Shown: positions 34,603 through 44,334, numbered from the stretch's first letter. The stretch is DNA of 48,773 nucleotides from Thermodesulfobacteriota bacterium (GCA_046753945.1 JBHHUW010000001.1:1-48773), one strand, 5' to 3'. The notes: a model not told the origin generated them from the sequence alone. Program-made: numbers and translations.

Positions 34603-36027
34603 GTGAGAGTTGAGATTGACAGAAGGCCATTATGGGTAATCATCGCCTTAAAGGCGCGAAGGCCCATTTTATTTCTCTTGCTGGGGCTGGGTTTCTTTGC
34701 CTTTCTTCTCCTTCCAGCGCCAGAGGGCCTTGGGGTAGGGGGCATGAGGGCAATTGCCGTCTTTCTGCTGTGCCTCGTGCTCTGGGTCTCAAATGCCGTG
34801 CCCGTGGCCATTACCGGGTTATTTGCCATAGTGCTGGTTCCGCTCCTTGGCATACTGCCAAGGGAGTCCACGTACTCGCTCTTTGGCAATGAGGCAGTGT
34901 TTTTCATACTCGGCGCTTTTATCCTCTCCGGAGCGGTCATGCAGTCCGGGCTCTCGAACAGGGTGGCCCTGCGCCTCATGGAAAAATATGGCGGCTCTCC
35001 AAAGAGGCTTGTTATCAGCATATTCCTCCTTGCCGCCTCATTATCATTCGTAATGAGCGAGCACGCTGTGGCGGCTATGCTTTTTCCCATAGTGCTTGAG
35101 ATATCAAAGTCCCTGAAACTTCGTCCCGGAAAGTCTAATTACGGAAAGCTCCTCTTCTTCGCCCTTGCCTGGGGCTCTGTTATAGGCGGGGTTGGGACCT
35201 TTCTTGGCGGCGCGCGGGTGCCCCTTGCCATGGGCATACTCAAGGAGACTACGGGCGAGAGTTTCAGCTTTATAGGCTATACCGTTGCCGTTGCGCCCCT
35301 TGTTGTAGTCCTTCTTATTGTGGGATACATCGTGCTTACGAGGTTCTTTCCCATTGATATCAAGGGCGTTGAGAGCGCGCGCGAGGTTATAGTGAAGCGC
35401 GCCGGCGCCCTTGGAAAGGTGCGCCCCAGAGAATACGCCGTAGGGTTTATACTCGTAATTACCATCTTCTTCTGGGTAACACTGGGGAAAACCGTTGGCC
35501 TTGCCGCCGTGGCCATGTTATCTGTTACTGCTCTCTTTGTCCTGAAACTCGTAAAGTGGAGGGATATTGAGGAGTATGTCAACTGGGGCATAATTCTCAT
35601 GTACGGAGGCGCCATTATCCTCGGCACGGCCCTTGACAGGAGCGGCGCCGCAAAATGGATGGTGGATTTTATTATGGCTCAGTGGGCAGAGACGCCAATA
35701 ACGGTCTTCGCGCTATTCTCGCTCCTGGCCATACTGCTCACCGAGTCCATGAGCAATGCCGCGGTTATCGCCGTGCTCCTGCCCGTGAGCATAGGCATGG
35801 CTGGAAGGATGAATATGAGCCCCGAGGTCCTTACGTATGCCGTTGCCATTCCCGCGGGGCTGGCCTTTATGCTCCCCATGAGCACACCGGCCAATGCCAT
35901 AGCCGTATCAAGCGATTATATATCCGTGCGGGATATGGTAAAGGGAGGGGTGATTATGTTCATCACCTCGTGGGTTACCTTTAATGTCATGGCCCACTTT
36001 TACTGGCCCCTTATCGGCCTTACGTAG
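34603..36027 (+). CDS. DASS/SLC13-family anion:cation symporter (candidate sulfate permease)
   Basis: About 12 TM segments. Hairpin-tip motifs ESMSNAAVIAVLLP and PMSTPANAIA are typical of the family. Confidence 0.7.
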   Translation: MRVEIDRRPLWVIIALKARRPILFLLLGLGFFAFLLLPAPEGLGVGGMRAIAVFLLCLVLWVSNAVPVAITGLFAIVLVPLLGILPRESTYSLFGNEAVFFILGAFILSGAVMQSGLSNRVALRLMEKYGGSPKRLVISIFLLAASLSFVMSEHAVAAMLFPIVLEISKSLKLRPGKSNYGKLLFFALAWGSVIGGVGTFLGGARVPLAMGILKETTGESFSFIGYTVAVAPLVVVLLIVGYIVLTRFFPIDIKGVESAREVIVKRAGALGKVRPREYAVGFILVITIFFWVTLGKTVGLAAVAMLSVTALFVLKLVKWRDIEEYVNWGIILMYGGAIILGTALDRSGAAKWMVDFIMAQWAETPITVFALFSLLAILLTESMSNAAVIAVLLPVSIGMAGRMNMSPEVLTYAVAIPAGLAFMLPMSTPANAIAVSSDYISVRDMVKGGVIMFITSWVTFNVMAHFYWPLIGLT

Positions 36028-36110
36028 CGGGCCTGCTTAAACAGGCGGGTTTATATAAAATAATTATCATAAACCCGCCATTTTGGTTTACGAACCCATT
36101 TAATTAGGTT

Positions 36111-36584
36111 ATGATGGAGAATAATAAAAAGTTACTCCTCGTTCTATCGCCTCATGTGCACTCTGATAATGCCATTGACTATGCCGTCAAGCGGGCTGCC
36201 GGCGAGGGCCGCGTACTTGTGGCCTTTTTTCTACTCGAGTCTGAGCTTGCCGAGGAGGTCTCCGAAAAATTCTCGGATATCGGATTTACAGGCGACAGAC
36301 CCTCGGCCACTCTATCAGAGTCTCTTATGCGCGAGTACAGGCAGAGGGGCTATGAGGCCCTTGGCAGGGTGCAGGTAAGGGCAATGGAGGAGGGCGTGAT
36401 ATTTGAACCCCTTATGGACGAGGGGCCTTATGTATCCACCATACTTGGGGCCATAAGCGCCCACGATATCGGGCTTACAGTTATACAGGAGAGAAGGGAG
36501 AGGTCCTTTTTTCAGTATTTTAAGAAGGGGCTCCCCCTGCAGGTTAAAGAGATGGCCTCATGTGAGGTCGTCATAGTCAAGTAA
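36111..36584 (+). CDS. universal stress protein-like (adenine-nucleotide alpha-hydrolase fold) protein
   Basis: LLLVLSPHVHSDNAIDYAV...VLVAFFLLE...CEVVIV strand pattern. No clear ATP-binding Gly motif. Confidence 0.45.
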   Translation: MMENNKKLLLVLSPHVHSDNAIDYAVKRAAGEGRVLVAFFLLESELAEEVSEKFSDIGFTGDRPSATLSESLMREYRQRGYEALGRVQVRAMEEGVIFEPLMDEGPYVSTILGAISAHDIGLTVIQERRERSFFQYFKKGLPLQVKEMASCEVVIVK

Positions 36585-36619
36585 CTTAAAATCACCAGGG
36601 TTGAAAGGGAGGACGTAAG

Positions 36620-37324
36620 ATGTCAGCAAAGAAGTGGACGGAAGAAGAACTTAATGAGGTCTCGAAAAGTCTTGAGGACAAGGGGCCGCAGGAGGCCATT
36701 AAATGGGCTGTAGAGAATTTTGATCGCCAGGATATCTCCCTTGCCTGCAGTTTCGGCCTGGAGGACGTAGCCCTTGTGGATATGCTCGTTAAGATAAAGC
36801 CTGATGCCAGGATCTTTTATCTTGATACGAACCTGCTCTTCAAGGAGACCTATGAGGTCATGGAGCGCCTTAATGAGAAGTACGGCATAGCGCCTGAGAA
36901 ATACTGCACAACAATGACCCTTGAGGAGCAGGCCGGGGAGTACGGCGAGGAGCTCTGGACAAAGGACCCTAAAAAGTGCTGCGATATAAGAAAGATCGGC
37001 CCCTTAAGGGATGCCCTCTCCGGGCTCAGCGCCTGGATAACCGGCATAAGAAGGGACCAGGCCCCGGCAAGGGCCAACGCCCCTGTAGTGGGCTGGGACG
37101 CCATGTTCAACCTTGTAAAGATAAACCCCCTGGTTAAGTGGACGACTGAGGATGTCTGGGATTATGTCCGTGCCAATGACGTGCCCTATAACAAGCTCCA
37201 TGACAGGAATTACCCCTCCATCGGCTGCGAGCCATGCACCAATGAGGTAAAGCCCGGCGAGGACCCAAGGGCCGGAAGATGGGCCGGATTTAAGAAGACC
37301 GAGTGCGGACTTCACGACAAATAA
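36620..37324 (+). CDS. cysH: assimilatory adenylylsulfate (APS)/PAPS reductase, Fe-S type
   Basis: KKCCDIRK Cys pair plus SIGCEPCT (CxxC) indicate the [4Fe-4S] APS-reductase subclass. C-terminal KTECGLH catalytic motif. Confidence 0.85.
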   Translation: MSAKKWTEEELNEVSKSLEDKGPQEAIKWAVENFDRQDISLACSFGLEDVALVDMLVKIKPDARIFYLDTNLLFKETYEVMERLNEKYGIAPEKYCTTMTLEEQAGEYGEELWTKDPKKCCDIRKIGPLRDALSGLSAWITGIRRDQAPARANAPVVGWDAMFNLVKINPLVKWTTEDVWDYVRANDVPYNKLHDRNYPSIGCEPCTNEVKPGEDPRAGRWAGFKKTECGLHDK

Positions 37325-37417
37325 ACGTGAAGCCCCTTATAAGGTATATAGCTTAACTTATTGATTTGTATCAATTAAACCTGTTGTGTTATGCAGTTTT
37401 AAGGAGGATTTCTAAAG

Positions 37418-38581
37418 GTGGATTCATTAATCGCGCCACATGGCGGAGTGCTTATAAACAGGGTCGTAGAGGGTAAGGCCCGTCTTAATCTGGAAAAAGC
37501 CTCTCTTGATATGGAGACCAAGGTCCTTAATGAGAGAGAGATCTCAGACCTTGAGATGATAGCCACCGGCGGCTTCAGTCCCCTTGAGGGTTTCATGGGG
37601 CACGGCGATTACCACGCTGTCATGGATACTATGACGCTGAAAAGCGGTCTGCCCTGGACCATACCCGTAACCCTCTCGGCCACCGGGGCCGAGGCGGCTG
37701 CCTTCAAAGAGGGCTCTGATGTGGCCCTCACTAACGAAAACGGAGAACTCCTCGCTGTGCTTCACCTTGAGGAGATTTTCAATCATGATAAGGAAAAAGA
37801 GGCCCTTCGTGTTTACGGCACAGCCGAGGAGGCTCACCCGGGGGTGAAAAACGTCTATGCCATGGGCGAAAAGCTGCTTGGCGGCAAGATATCCATGCTC
37901 GAGCGTACGGAGTACGATAAGTTTAACGAGCACCGCAGAGACCCTCTTGAGACAAGAGAGCTCTTTAAGAAGAACGGCTGGAGACGGGTCGTGGGTTTTC
38001 AGACAAGAAACCCCATACACAGGGCCCATGAGTACATACAGAAGTGCGCCCTGGAGACCGTTGACGGCCTTATGATACACCCCCTTGTTGGTGAGACAAA
38101 GTCCGACGATATACCTGCCGATGTGCGGATGAACTGCTACACAACACTTATGGAAAAGTACTATCCCGCAGACAGGGTAGTGCTCTCCGTATATCCCGCG
38201 GCCATGCGCTACGCCGGTCCCCGTGAGGCCGTCTTTCACGCCCTTATCCGCAAGAACTACGGCTGTACACACTTTATCGTGGGCAGAGACCATGCAGGTG
38301 TAGGCGGTTATTACGGTACCTTTGACGCTCACCTCATCTTCAATAAATTCGAGCCAGAGGCCATCGGCATAGCGCCCATGTTCTTTGACTATACATTCCA
38401 CTGTAAATCCTGCGGCGGCATGGCCTCGTACAAGACCTGTCCCCATGATTCATCAGAGCATATTACCCTCTCGGGCACAAAGGTGCGTGAAATGCTGCGG
38501 GCCGGCACCTGTCCGCCGCCGGAGTTCTCAAGACCTGAGGTGGCAGAGGTGCTTATAAAGTCCATGAAGCAGAGTGATTAA
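37418..38581 (+). CDS. sat: sulfate adenylyltransferase (ATP sulfurylase)
   Basis: [11 protein letters not shown] and VGRDHAGVG motifs, 387 aa. GTG start after AAGGAGG. Confidence 0.9.
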   Translation: MDSLIAPHGGVLINRVVEGKARLNLEKASLDMETKVLNEREISDLEMIATGGFSPLEGFMGHGDYHAVMDTMTLKSGLPWTIPVTLSATGAEAAAFKEGSDVALTNENGELLAVLHLEEIFNHDKEKEALRVYGTAEEAHPGVKNVYAMGEKLLGGKISMLERTEYDKFNEHRRDPLETRELFKKNGWRRVVGFQTRNPIHRAHEYIQKCALETVDGLMIHPLVGETKSDDIPADVRMNCYTTLMEKYYPADRVVLSVYPAAMRYAGPREAVFHALIRKNYGCTHFIVGRDHAGVGGYYGTFDAHLIFNKFEPEAIGIAPMFFDYTFHCKSCGGMASYKTCPHDSSEHITLSGTKVREMLRAGTCPPPEFSRPEVAEVLIKSMKQSD

Positions 38582-38602
38582 AGAGGATATTGGATTAATC
38601 TT

Positions 38603-38636
38603 AAAAAAGACCCCTCTATGAGGGGTCTTTTTTTTT
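38603..38636 (+). terminator. intrinsic terminator after sat (A-run/T-run flanked, potentially bidirectional)
   Basis: AGACCCCT / AGGGGTCT 8-bp stem with a CTATG loop, an A6 run upstream and a T9 run downstream. Confidence 0.85.
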
Positions 38637-39088
38637 GTCTATTACGGCGGTCTTTCCTTTTTAGATGGATAGACACTTTACCTGTAATCCCTTGTCATGG
38701 ATTGATCTGCTCGACTATTTAGCGGGGTTTTACCCCGTGGGGCGCAGTCCTGCCCTGCTCTTCATTGTAGAGCAGGGCCTGAAGAAGAATTTATTTTTTA
38801 CCTGTAAATCTTTTTTTTTGTTATTATAAAGAGACAGGCTCTAAACGCTTTTTCTTTGAGGCCCTACCAGAGCGGTAAGACTCCTGGTGCCTTGAGAAGG
38901 CAAGGAGGCTGGAGGGCCATGGGACAGCAGGGGGCAGGTAGTGTGGGGCAGGTAGTGTGGAGAGTGTAGAGATAACCCTTCACAAAGGTTTTTTGATCCT
39001 GGTCATTCTGCCTCAAACCCCTTGTTGATATTTGCCGGTCCTTTACCATTACAGCCGCACAAAATGATAATCACTCTCTTCAATACTT

Positions 39089-39862
39089 ATGAATCCTAAT
39101 AGCAGGCCCTTCTTATGGCTGGTATTATTCACACTGCTCTTACTTAGCGGCTGCGGAGCCACGCACGGGCCTTATTATATAGCGCCAAACCCTTTTTCCA
39201 CGGTGCGCACCATTGCCCTCCTGCCAATGTACAACATGACCAATGATGTTGGCGGGGCAGAGATGGTGAGAAAGCAGGCATACAAGGAGTTTGTCTACAG
39301 GCATTACAGCGTACTGCCCATAGAGGAATCAGACCGTCTTCTTCGCGAAAAGATGGGTATTACCCTTGGAGGTCAGCTTGAGTACACAAACCCTGAGGCC
39401 GTGGCAGAGGCCCTTGGGGTCGATGGTCTTGTTTACGGATATCTTCTTAATTTTGACGATATCATCACAGGGGTATATAATGTAAAAGAGGTAAGGGCAG
39501 GGTTTAAACTTGTCCATGGAGCAAGCGGTTCCGTTATATGGGCCAGAGGCGGAGGGGTTAAGAGCTTTTATGTAGGCGGCAAGGCCGGTACTGCCGTTAC
39601 TATACTTAAAGAGATAGGTTCGGGCAGCGAGGTGCCTGACCTTGTAAAGGGCCTTGAAGAGGTGCCGGGCCTTGAAGAATGGCATATAATAAGGGTAATT
39701 CCCCTTGAAAAACTTGAGCATGCCGCCGTCATCTCCCTTGGTGAAGAGATAGTGACCACCATGTTTAAGACTCATTTGAAGTTAGAGACAAACTCGCTCT
39801 TACGTATAATATTGGAGGCGCTGCCGGCAGGCCCGGGTGAGCTTGCGCCGGCAAGCGGCTGA
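39089..39862 (+). CDS. lipoprotein, DUF799/LpoB-like N-terminal fold class
   Basis: Lipobox LLSGC. IALLPMYNMTNDVGGAEM...GVDGLVYGYL follows the pattern typical of DUF799-type lipoproteins. No obvious SD. Confidence 0.5.
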   Translation: MNPNSRPFLWLVLFTLLLLSGCGATHGPYYIAPNPFSTVRTIALLPMYNMTNDVGGAEMVRKQAYKEFVYRHYSVLPIEESDRLLREKMGITLGGQLEYTNPEAVAEALGVDGLVYGYLLNFDDIITGVYNVKEVRAGFKLVHGASGSVIWARGGGVKSFYVGGKAGTAVTILKEIGSGSEVPDLVKGLEEVPGLEEWHIIRVIPLEKLEHAAVISLGEEIVTTMFKTHLKLETNSLLRIILEALPAGPGELAPASG

Positions 39863-39902
39863 GCACAGGGGAACTCATCGTCTGAAAAGGAGATTTTTTG
39901 TT

Positions 39903-40889
39903 ATGGAAAACATTCTGTCGCGGAGCTTTAAGGTCTCTGCCGTCCCTCTTTTCCTCATGCTTTTCTTTGTTGCTCTTATGGCGGGATGCGGGCCTTATAC
40001 AAAGGGCGCCGTAGAGGAGGATATAAGCCGCACCAGGGAGTCGGATAGACTGGAAAAACAAGGCCTTGATTACAGGGGGCCCTCTTATAATGTGGCAATA
40101 ATCGCCTTCAGGGACAAGACCCCGGGCAAGGCCCTTGGCGTGGCTGATGCGGCTACGGAAATTCTAAGAACTATTGTCAAGCGCGCCGGTCTTGAGCCTA
40201 TTGTTCTCACCGAGGAAGATTTAAGCGAGCAGGCCAGCCTCTCGGCCTTACAGGATACAGGCGTCTTGAAAAAGGGTAAGAAGGACGTACTTGCCGGTTA
40301 TGAATCCGTGGATTTCAGGATTTCCGGCGCCGTCACCTCCTACTCTACAGTTGAGGAGAGCACAAACGTGCTTCTCGCTCAATCAAAGACCGTCATCTCA
40401 AGGGTTCAGGTGGATTATGCCCTTGTAGACGTGGAGACGGGAAAGAGCCTCCTGGCCGAATCAGGGGCAGGTGAGTACAGGAAGACTACGGGAGGGCTCC
40501 TGGGGCTTGGCTCCAGGTCTACCTTTGATATGAGCCTTCGTGACGGCGCGCTCCGCGACGCCCTTACAAAGGCCATGACCTCTATGGCTGAGAAACTCAA
40601 CGCCATGCCTTTCAGGGGCAGGGTGCTCGCCGTTGAGGGGCAGACCCTTTATGTGCGGGCAGGCACAAAGAGCAGATTGAGCACAGGCACTGTTTTTTCC
40701 GTCTATAGATATGGTAAGGAACTCGTAGACCCTGATACAGGCAGGGTTATAGGGCGCACTGAGCAGAAAGTGGGCGAGGCCGTTCTATCTACCCATCAGG
40801 ATGAGAATATCTCCCGCGCTCTCATAAAGACGGGCAGCGGTTTTAAGGCAGGAGACGTTATAAGAACCTCATCCGGTGCCGCCGGTTGA
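39903..40889 (+). CDS. CsgG-family-like lipoprotein with C-terminal beta-domain
   Basis: Lipobox LMAGC. VAIIAFRDKT...ILRTIVKRAGLEPIV...FRISGAVTSYS...VDYALVDVETGKSL follows the CsgG-family pattern. AAGGAG RBS before the internal ATG. Confidence 0.55.
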   Translation: MENILSRSFKVSAVPLFLMLFFVALMAGCGPYTKGAVEEDISRTRESDRLEKQGLDYRGPSYNVAIIAFRDKTPGKALGVADAATEILRTIVKRAGLEPIVLTEEDLSEQASLSALQDTGVLKKGKKDVLAGYESVDFRISGAVTSYSTVEESTNVLLAQSKTVISRVQVDYALVDVETGKSLLAESGAGEYRKTTGGLLGLGSRSTFDMSLRDGALRDALTKAMTSMAEKLNAMPFRGRVLAVEGQTLYVRAGTKSRLSTGTVFSVYRYGKELVDPDTGRVIGRTEQKVGEAVLSTHQDENISRALIKTGSGFKAGDVIRTSSGAAG

Positions 40890-40917
40890 TGCCGATAAGC
40901 AATAAAAAAGGTAGATT

Positions 40918-42120
40918 ATGAGATTACTGGAGAAGGTGCGGTATCTGGTTCTTTCCCTGCTGATTGCCGCGGCGGCTGTACTTTCCGGCTGCGGTGGCCC
41001 CTCATCAAAGTGCCTCTTGTCAGGTGAGAATACAGTGAAGGAGTATCTTGGCGGCATGGCCCACCTTGAGGAAAAAAAATCGGGCATCGCCGCGGGGATA
41101 TTCAAAGGCATACTGGCCTGCGACGATCATTATTCACCTGCCTACAGCGGTCTCGCTATTGCCAACGCCCAGATAGCCGCCGCCGGGTATAATATAGACA
41201 ATGAGGCCGTAATGGCCTCGCGGGTCGCCCTTTATAATGCCAAAAAATATTCTTCAGGCATGGAGGATGATTTCAGACGCAGTATCGCCGCCATGCGGGC
41301 CTATACTACTTTTAAATCACCGGGCTGGTTCCTTAAAGTGGAGAATGAGTTCAGACGTGCCATGAAGACAAAGGTGGAGAGGGCGAAACTTCCATATTAT
41401 GAGGGCAGCGACGCTGCTTCCTATTATATTGGCAATGCATACTTTGATGCCGGGCGCCTCGAGAGCGCCATGTCCGAGTACGAATCCTTGAGAGATGCCG
41501 ATAAAGGCGGTAAGTGGGGCACCCTTGCGGACCGGGCCTACAAGAGGAGCGGTCTTATTCTGAGCCACATAGAGAGGGCCGAGGGCTCGCCCAGGGTAGT
41601 GGTTCTCGCCTTTCATCACAATATTAAGAGAGAAGATGTGGCCGCCATCCTCATAGGAGAGCTGAAGCTTGATAGACTGCTTTCTTCATATGAGGTGCAG
41701 ATGGGCATGGAGAGGATACCTGTGCCGGTTGATATTTATGACAGCCCCTTTAGAAGGGAGATAGGCAAGATACTCGGATTAAGGATAAAAGGCCTTACGT
41801 CCTCCTATTCGCGCCCCTCCTCTTCCTATCTTTTCAGGCCCGATACAATAGTCTCCAGAAAAGACTTTGCTACCATAATGGACGACATACTGGAGAGGCT
41901 CTCCGCAGGTCCATCTAACTTTTCCCTCATGCGCCGTAAGGAGAGAGGCTTTGTTGATGTTCCCTCCGCTGCGCCCTGGTATAAGGCCGTGATGAATATT
42001 ACGAATCATAATATCATGGTGCCCCTGCATGGCAGAAAGTTCAGGCCCTATGAGGCCATTGACGGCCCCGATGCCTTCAGCGCCGTTATGGGGCTAAAAG
42101 CCGGTCTCAGACCGCGTTAG
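40918..42120 (+). CDS. lipoprotein with TPR-like N-terminal half and SLH-like C-terminal repeats
   Basis: Lipobox LSGC. The C-terminus carries FVDVPSAAPWYKAVMNITNHNIMVPLHGRKFRPYEAIDG and an earlier F-R-P-D-T-I-V-S-R-K-D-F segment, resembling S-layer-homology repeats. Confidence 0.4.
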   Translation: MRLLEKVRYLVLSLLIAAAAVLSGCGGPSSKCLLSGENTVKEYLGGMAHLEEKKSGIAAGIFKGILACDDHYSPAYSGLAIANAQIAAAGYNIDNEAVMASRVALYNAKKYSSGMEDDFRRSIAAMRAYTTFKSPGWFLKVENEFRRAMKTKVERAKLPYYEGSDAASYYIGNAYFDAGRLESAMSEYESLRDADKGGKWGTLADRAYKRSGLILSHIERAEGSPRVVVLAFHHNIKREDVAAILIGELKLDRLLSSYEVQMGMERIPVPVDIYDSPFRREIGKILGLRIKGLTSSYSRPSSSYLFRPDTIVSRKDFATIMDDILERLSAGPSNFSLMRRKERGFVDVPSAAPWYKAVMNITNHNIMVPLHGRKFRPYEAIDGPDAFSAVMGLKAGLRPR

Positions 42121-42351
42121 GTACCTTTTGCCGGCCATGCCCTGTTTTTTTTCATAAGGCCAATTTACTGCATCACAGTGTTTTTTTCCCTCTTTTATCC
42201 TGAAAATTCTGCTTTTACAAACCCTTACAGTGACTGTGGTCACACCGGTTCATCATGCTTTTCAGTATAATAAGGCTGTATTTGAAGTGAGTGAACAAGG
42301 CTCCTGGTGAACGCGGCTCTTATTGCAAACTGTAGCAAAGGAGGATTTTTG

Positions 42352-43107
42352 ATGCGAAGACTCTTAACAGGCATAGCAGTCTTGGTATCGTTATTTCTCT
42401 TTAGCTCCAATGCCAACGCCATAGTTGATGTTGAGGCAAGGTACTGGTTTACTAATCTTGACTCAAATATAGAGGCCTCAAGCGGTAATCTTATTGGCAC
42501 GGACCTTGACCTTGTAAGCGACCTCGGTCTGGACGACCATGAGAATTTTCCAGAGGGGAGGATTACTCTTGAGCTTGGCAACCACAGACTGCGTTACGCC
42601 TACACGCCCCTCTCATGGAGTGGAAATACAGTATCAACTACCAGTATAAACTTTGCAGGCCAGACCTTTCCCGTCTCAAGCGCTATCTCCACGGACCTGC
42701 AGATAGATTACCACCGCTTTAGTTACGGATATGATTTTATCAATACCCTTGATAACCGCATTGGCCTTATAGTCGAGGTAAAATACCTTGATGGAAGGGT
42801 AAATCTCAAGGACGCGGCCTTTGGCCTCGACGAGTCCACACGTCTGCAGATACCCATACCTGCCGTAGGAATAGGCGGGCAGGTTGCAGTACCATTTCTC
42901 GCTAATATCAGGGCCGAGGTAACAGGTATGAGCCTGGGCTCCATGGCCTATGTACTGGATGGCGAGGCCAATATCGGTTTTCACCCCTTACCCTTTGTAA
43001 ACGTCTCGGCAGGGTACAGGTACTTGAAGTTCCATGTGGAAAAAGACGATGATATTGGCAGCGTATCGCTGAGCGGCCCCTTTGTTACCATCTCGGCTAA
43101 TTTTTAA
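42352..43107 (+). CDS. outer-membrane beta-barrel protein
   Basis: Signal peptide MRRLLTGIAVLVSLFLFSSNANA, alternating hydrophobic beta-strand pattern, C-terminal ...VTISANF with terminal Phe. AGGAGG-like RBS. Confidence 0.6.
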   Translation: MRRLLTGIAVLVSLFLFSSNANAIVDVEARYWFTNLDSNIEASSGNLIGTDLDLVSDLGLDDHENFPEGRITLELGNHRLRYAYTPLSWSGNTVSTTSINFAGQTFPVSSAISTDLQIDYHRFSYGYDFINTLDNRIGLIVEVKYLDGRVNLKDAAFGLDESTRLQIPIPAVGIGGQVAVPFLANIRAEVTGMSLGSMAYVLDGEANIGFHPLPFVNVSAGYRYLKFHVEKDDDIGSVSLSGPFVTISANF

Positions 43108-43170
43108 TCTCCTGATCTAAGTTTTTTTCCGCCCTCCCTCTTTTCCCCACTCTTCTCTCATAATAAAATA

Positions 43171-43210
43171 TCAAGCCCTGGCGCTCTTTTTCTTTCAGGC
43201 CAGGGCTTGA
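43171..43210 (+). terminator. 12-bp perfect hairpin after the beta-barrel gene (terminator-like, weak T tract)
   Basis: TCAAGCCCTGGC / GCCAGGGCTTGA with a 16-nt loop. Confidence 0.45.
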
Positions 43211-43353
43211 TGTGTTAAGTTTTGATGAACAGATGAACAGATGTATCCTGCGCCGGTAGAGCCCTGGCCGGGATTTTTTTGATATGGTTCCCAAAAATGT
43301 TAAACTTGGTTTTTATTCCTACAATAATTTAAACCCAAAAGACTTTAAATCTT

Positions 43354-44334
43354 ATGAAATACGATTTTTCAGGCCTCCCAAAGCCGCGTCGCCGCGTTAC
43401 CACGGTTTGGTTTTTCTCTCTTATCCTATCTGTGATTGTGATTTCCGGCTGCACTGTACTGGAAAAAACTCCGGAAGTAGAAGAATCTTTTTTTCTGGAG
43501 AGGGCCGGTGAGATAAGAAAGAGCGCTGATGAGGCCTATGCAGAGGGTCATTACCAGAGGGCCCTCTCCATGTATCGAGAGGCCTATGAGATTGACATAA
43601 AGAAAGGCAGGGCCAGTGACCGCGTATCTGATCTTATTGGTATGGGCCGGTCCAATACCGGGCTTGGCCGTACCTCTGAAGCTGAGCGCCATCTCACAAG
43701 GGCAGTTGAGGCCGCCTTTTCCTCCAGAGACGAGTCCGTGCTCTCTGCCGCCTATGGCGCCCTTGCGGGGCTCTATTTAAAAACAGGCGATACGCGCCTT
43801 GCCATGGTTAATATAAAAGACGCCCTTCGCCTTCAAGGAACGGGCCGGACTCCTCCTGCCGCTCTCTTGAACCTCGCCGGGCTTATCTACATAAAGGCCG
43901 GGAAGCTCGATGAAGCCGCCGCGGCCCTTGAAAAGGCCATAAGCGCGGTGCAGCAGGAGCAGGCCGGGAGACCTTCGCCGGCGCTGGCGGATTCATACAG
44001 GATAATGGCAGCCATACTTGCAGAAACTGAGCGAAGAACTGAGGCCATTCTTTACTTTAAGAGGGCATATGATATTGACACGTGGCTTGGTGATGATAGA
44101 AAAAGGGCCCTTGACCTATGGGGGTACGCTGGATTGCTCTTTGATTCTAAGCGATATGACGAGGCGGCTGAAAAGCTGAAGATGTCATACAGGCTTAACA
44201 TGAAGAGCGGTTCACTTGAGGGCGCCATAAGAGACCTTGATAAACTTGTTGAAGTTTACATGGCTATGGGGGATAAAAGAAGTGAGTCTTATTACCGGAC
44301 CATGAAAGAAGCCGTTCTATCTGATATGAGATGA
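43354..44334 (+). CDS. TPR-repeat lipoprotein
   Basis: Lipobox ISGC after a TM-like signal. Multiple 34-aa Ala/Tyr/Leu TPR-like repeats (YQRALSMYREAYEID..., AAALEKAISA..., AILYFKRAYDID...). Confidence 0.65.
   Translation: MKYDFSGLPKPRRRVTTVWFFSLILSVIVISGCTVLEKTPEVEESFFLERAGEIRKSADEAYAEGHYQRALSMYREAYEIDIKKGRASDRVSDLIGMGRSNTGLGRTSEAERHLTRAVEAAFSSRDESVLSAAYGALAGLYLKTGDTRLAMVNIKDALRLQGTGRTPPAALLNLAGLIYIKAGKLDEAAAALEKAISAVQQEQAGRPSPALADSYRIMAAILAETERRTEAILYFKRAYDIDTWLGDDRKRALDLWGYAGLLFDSKRYDEAAEKLKMSYRLNMKSGSLEGAIRDLDKLVEVYMAMGDKRSESYYRTMKEAVLSDMR

Noticed and set aside
38864-39049. 61-aa minus-strand ORF in the sat/lipoprotein spacer.
   Set aside because: It has no RBS, a Pro/Cys/Leu-rich composition partly generated by the tandem 14-mer, and no neighbouring gene on that strand.
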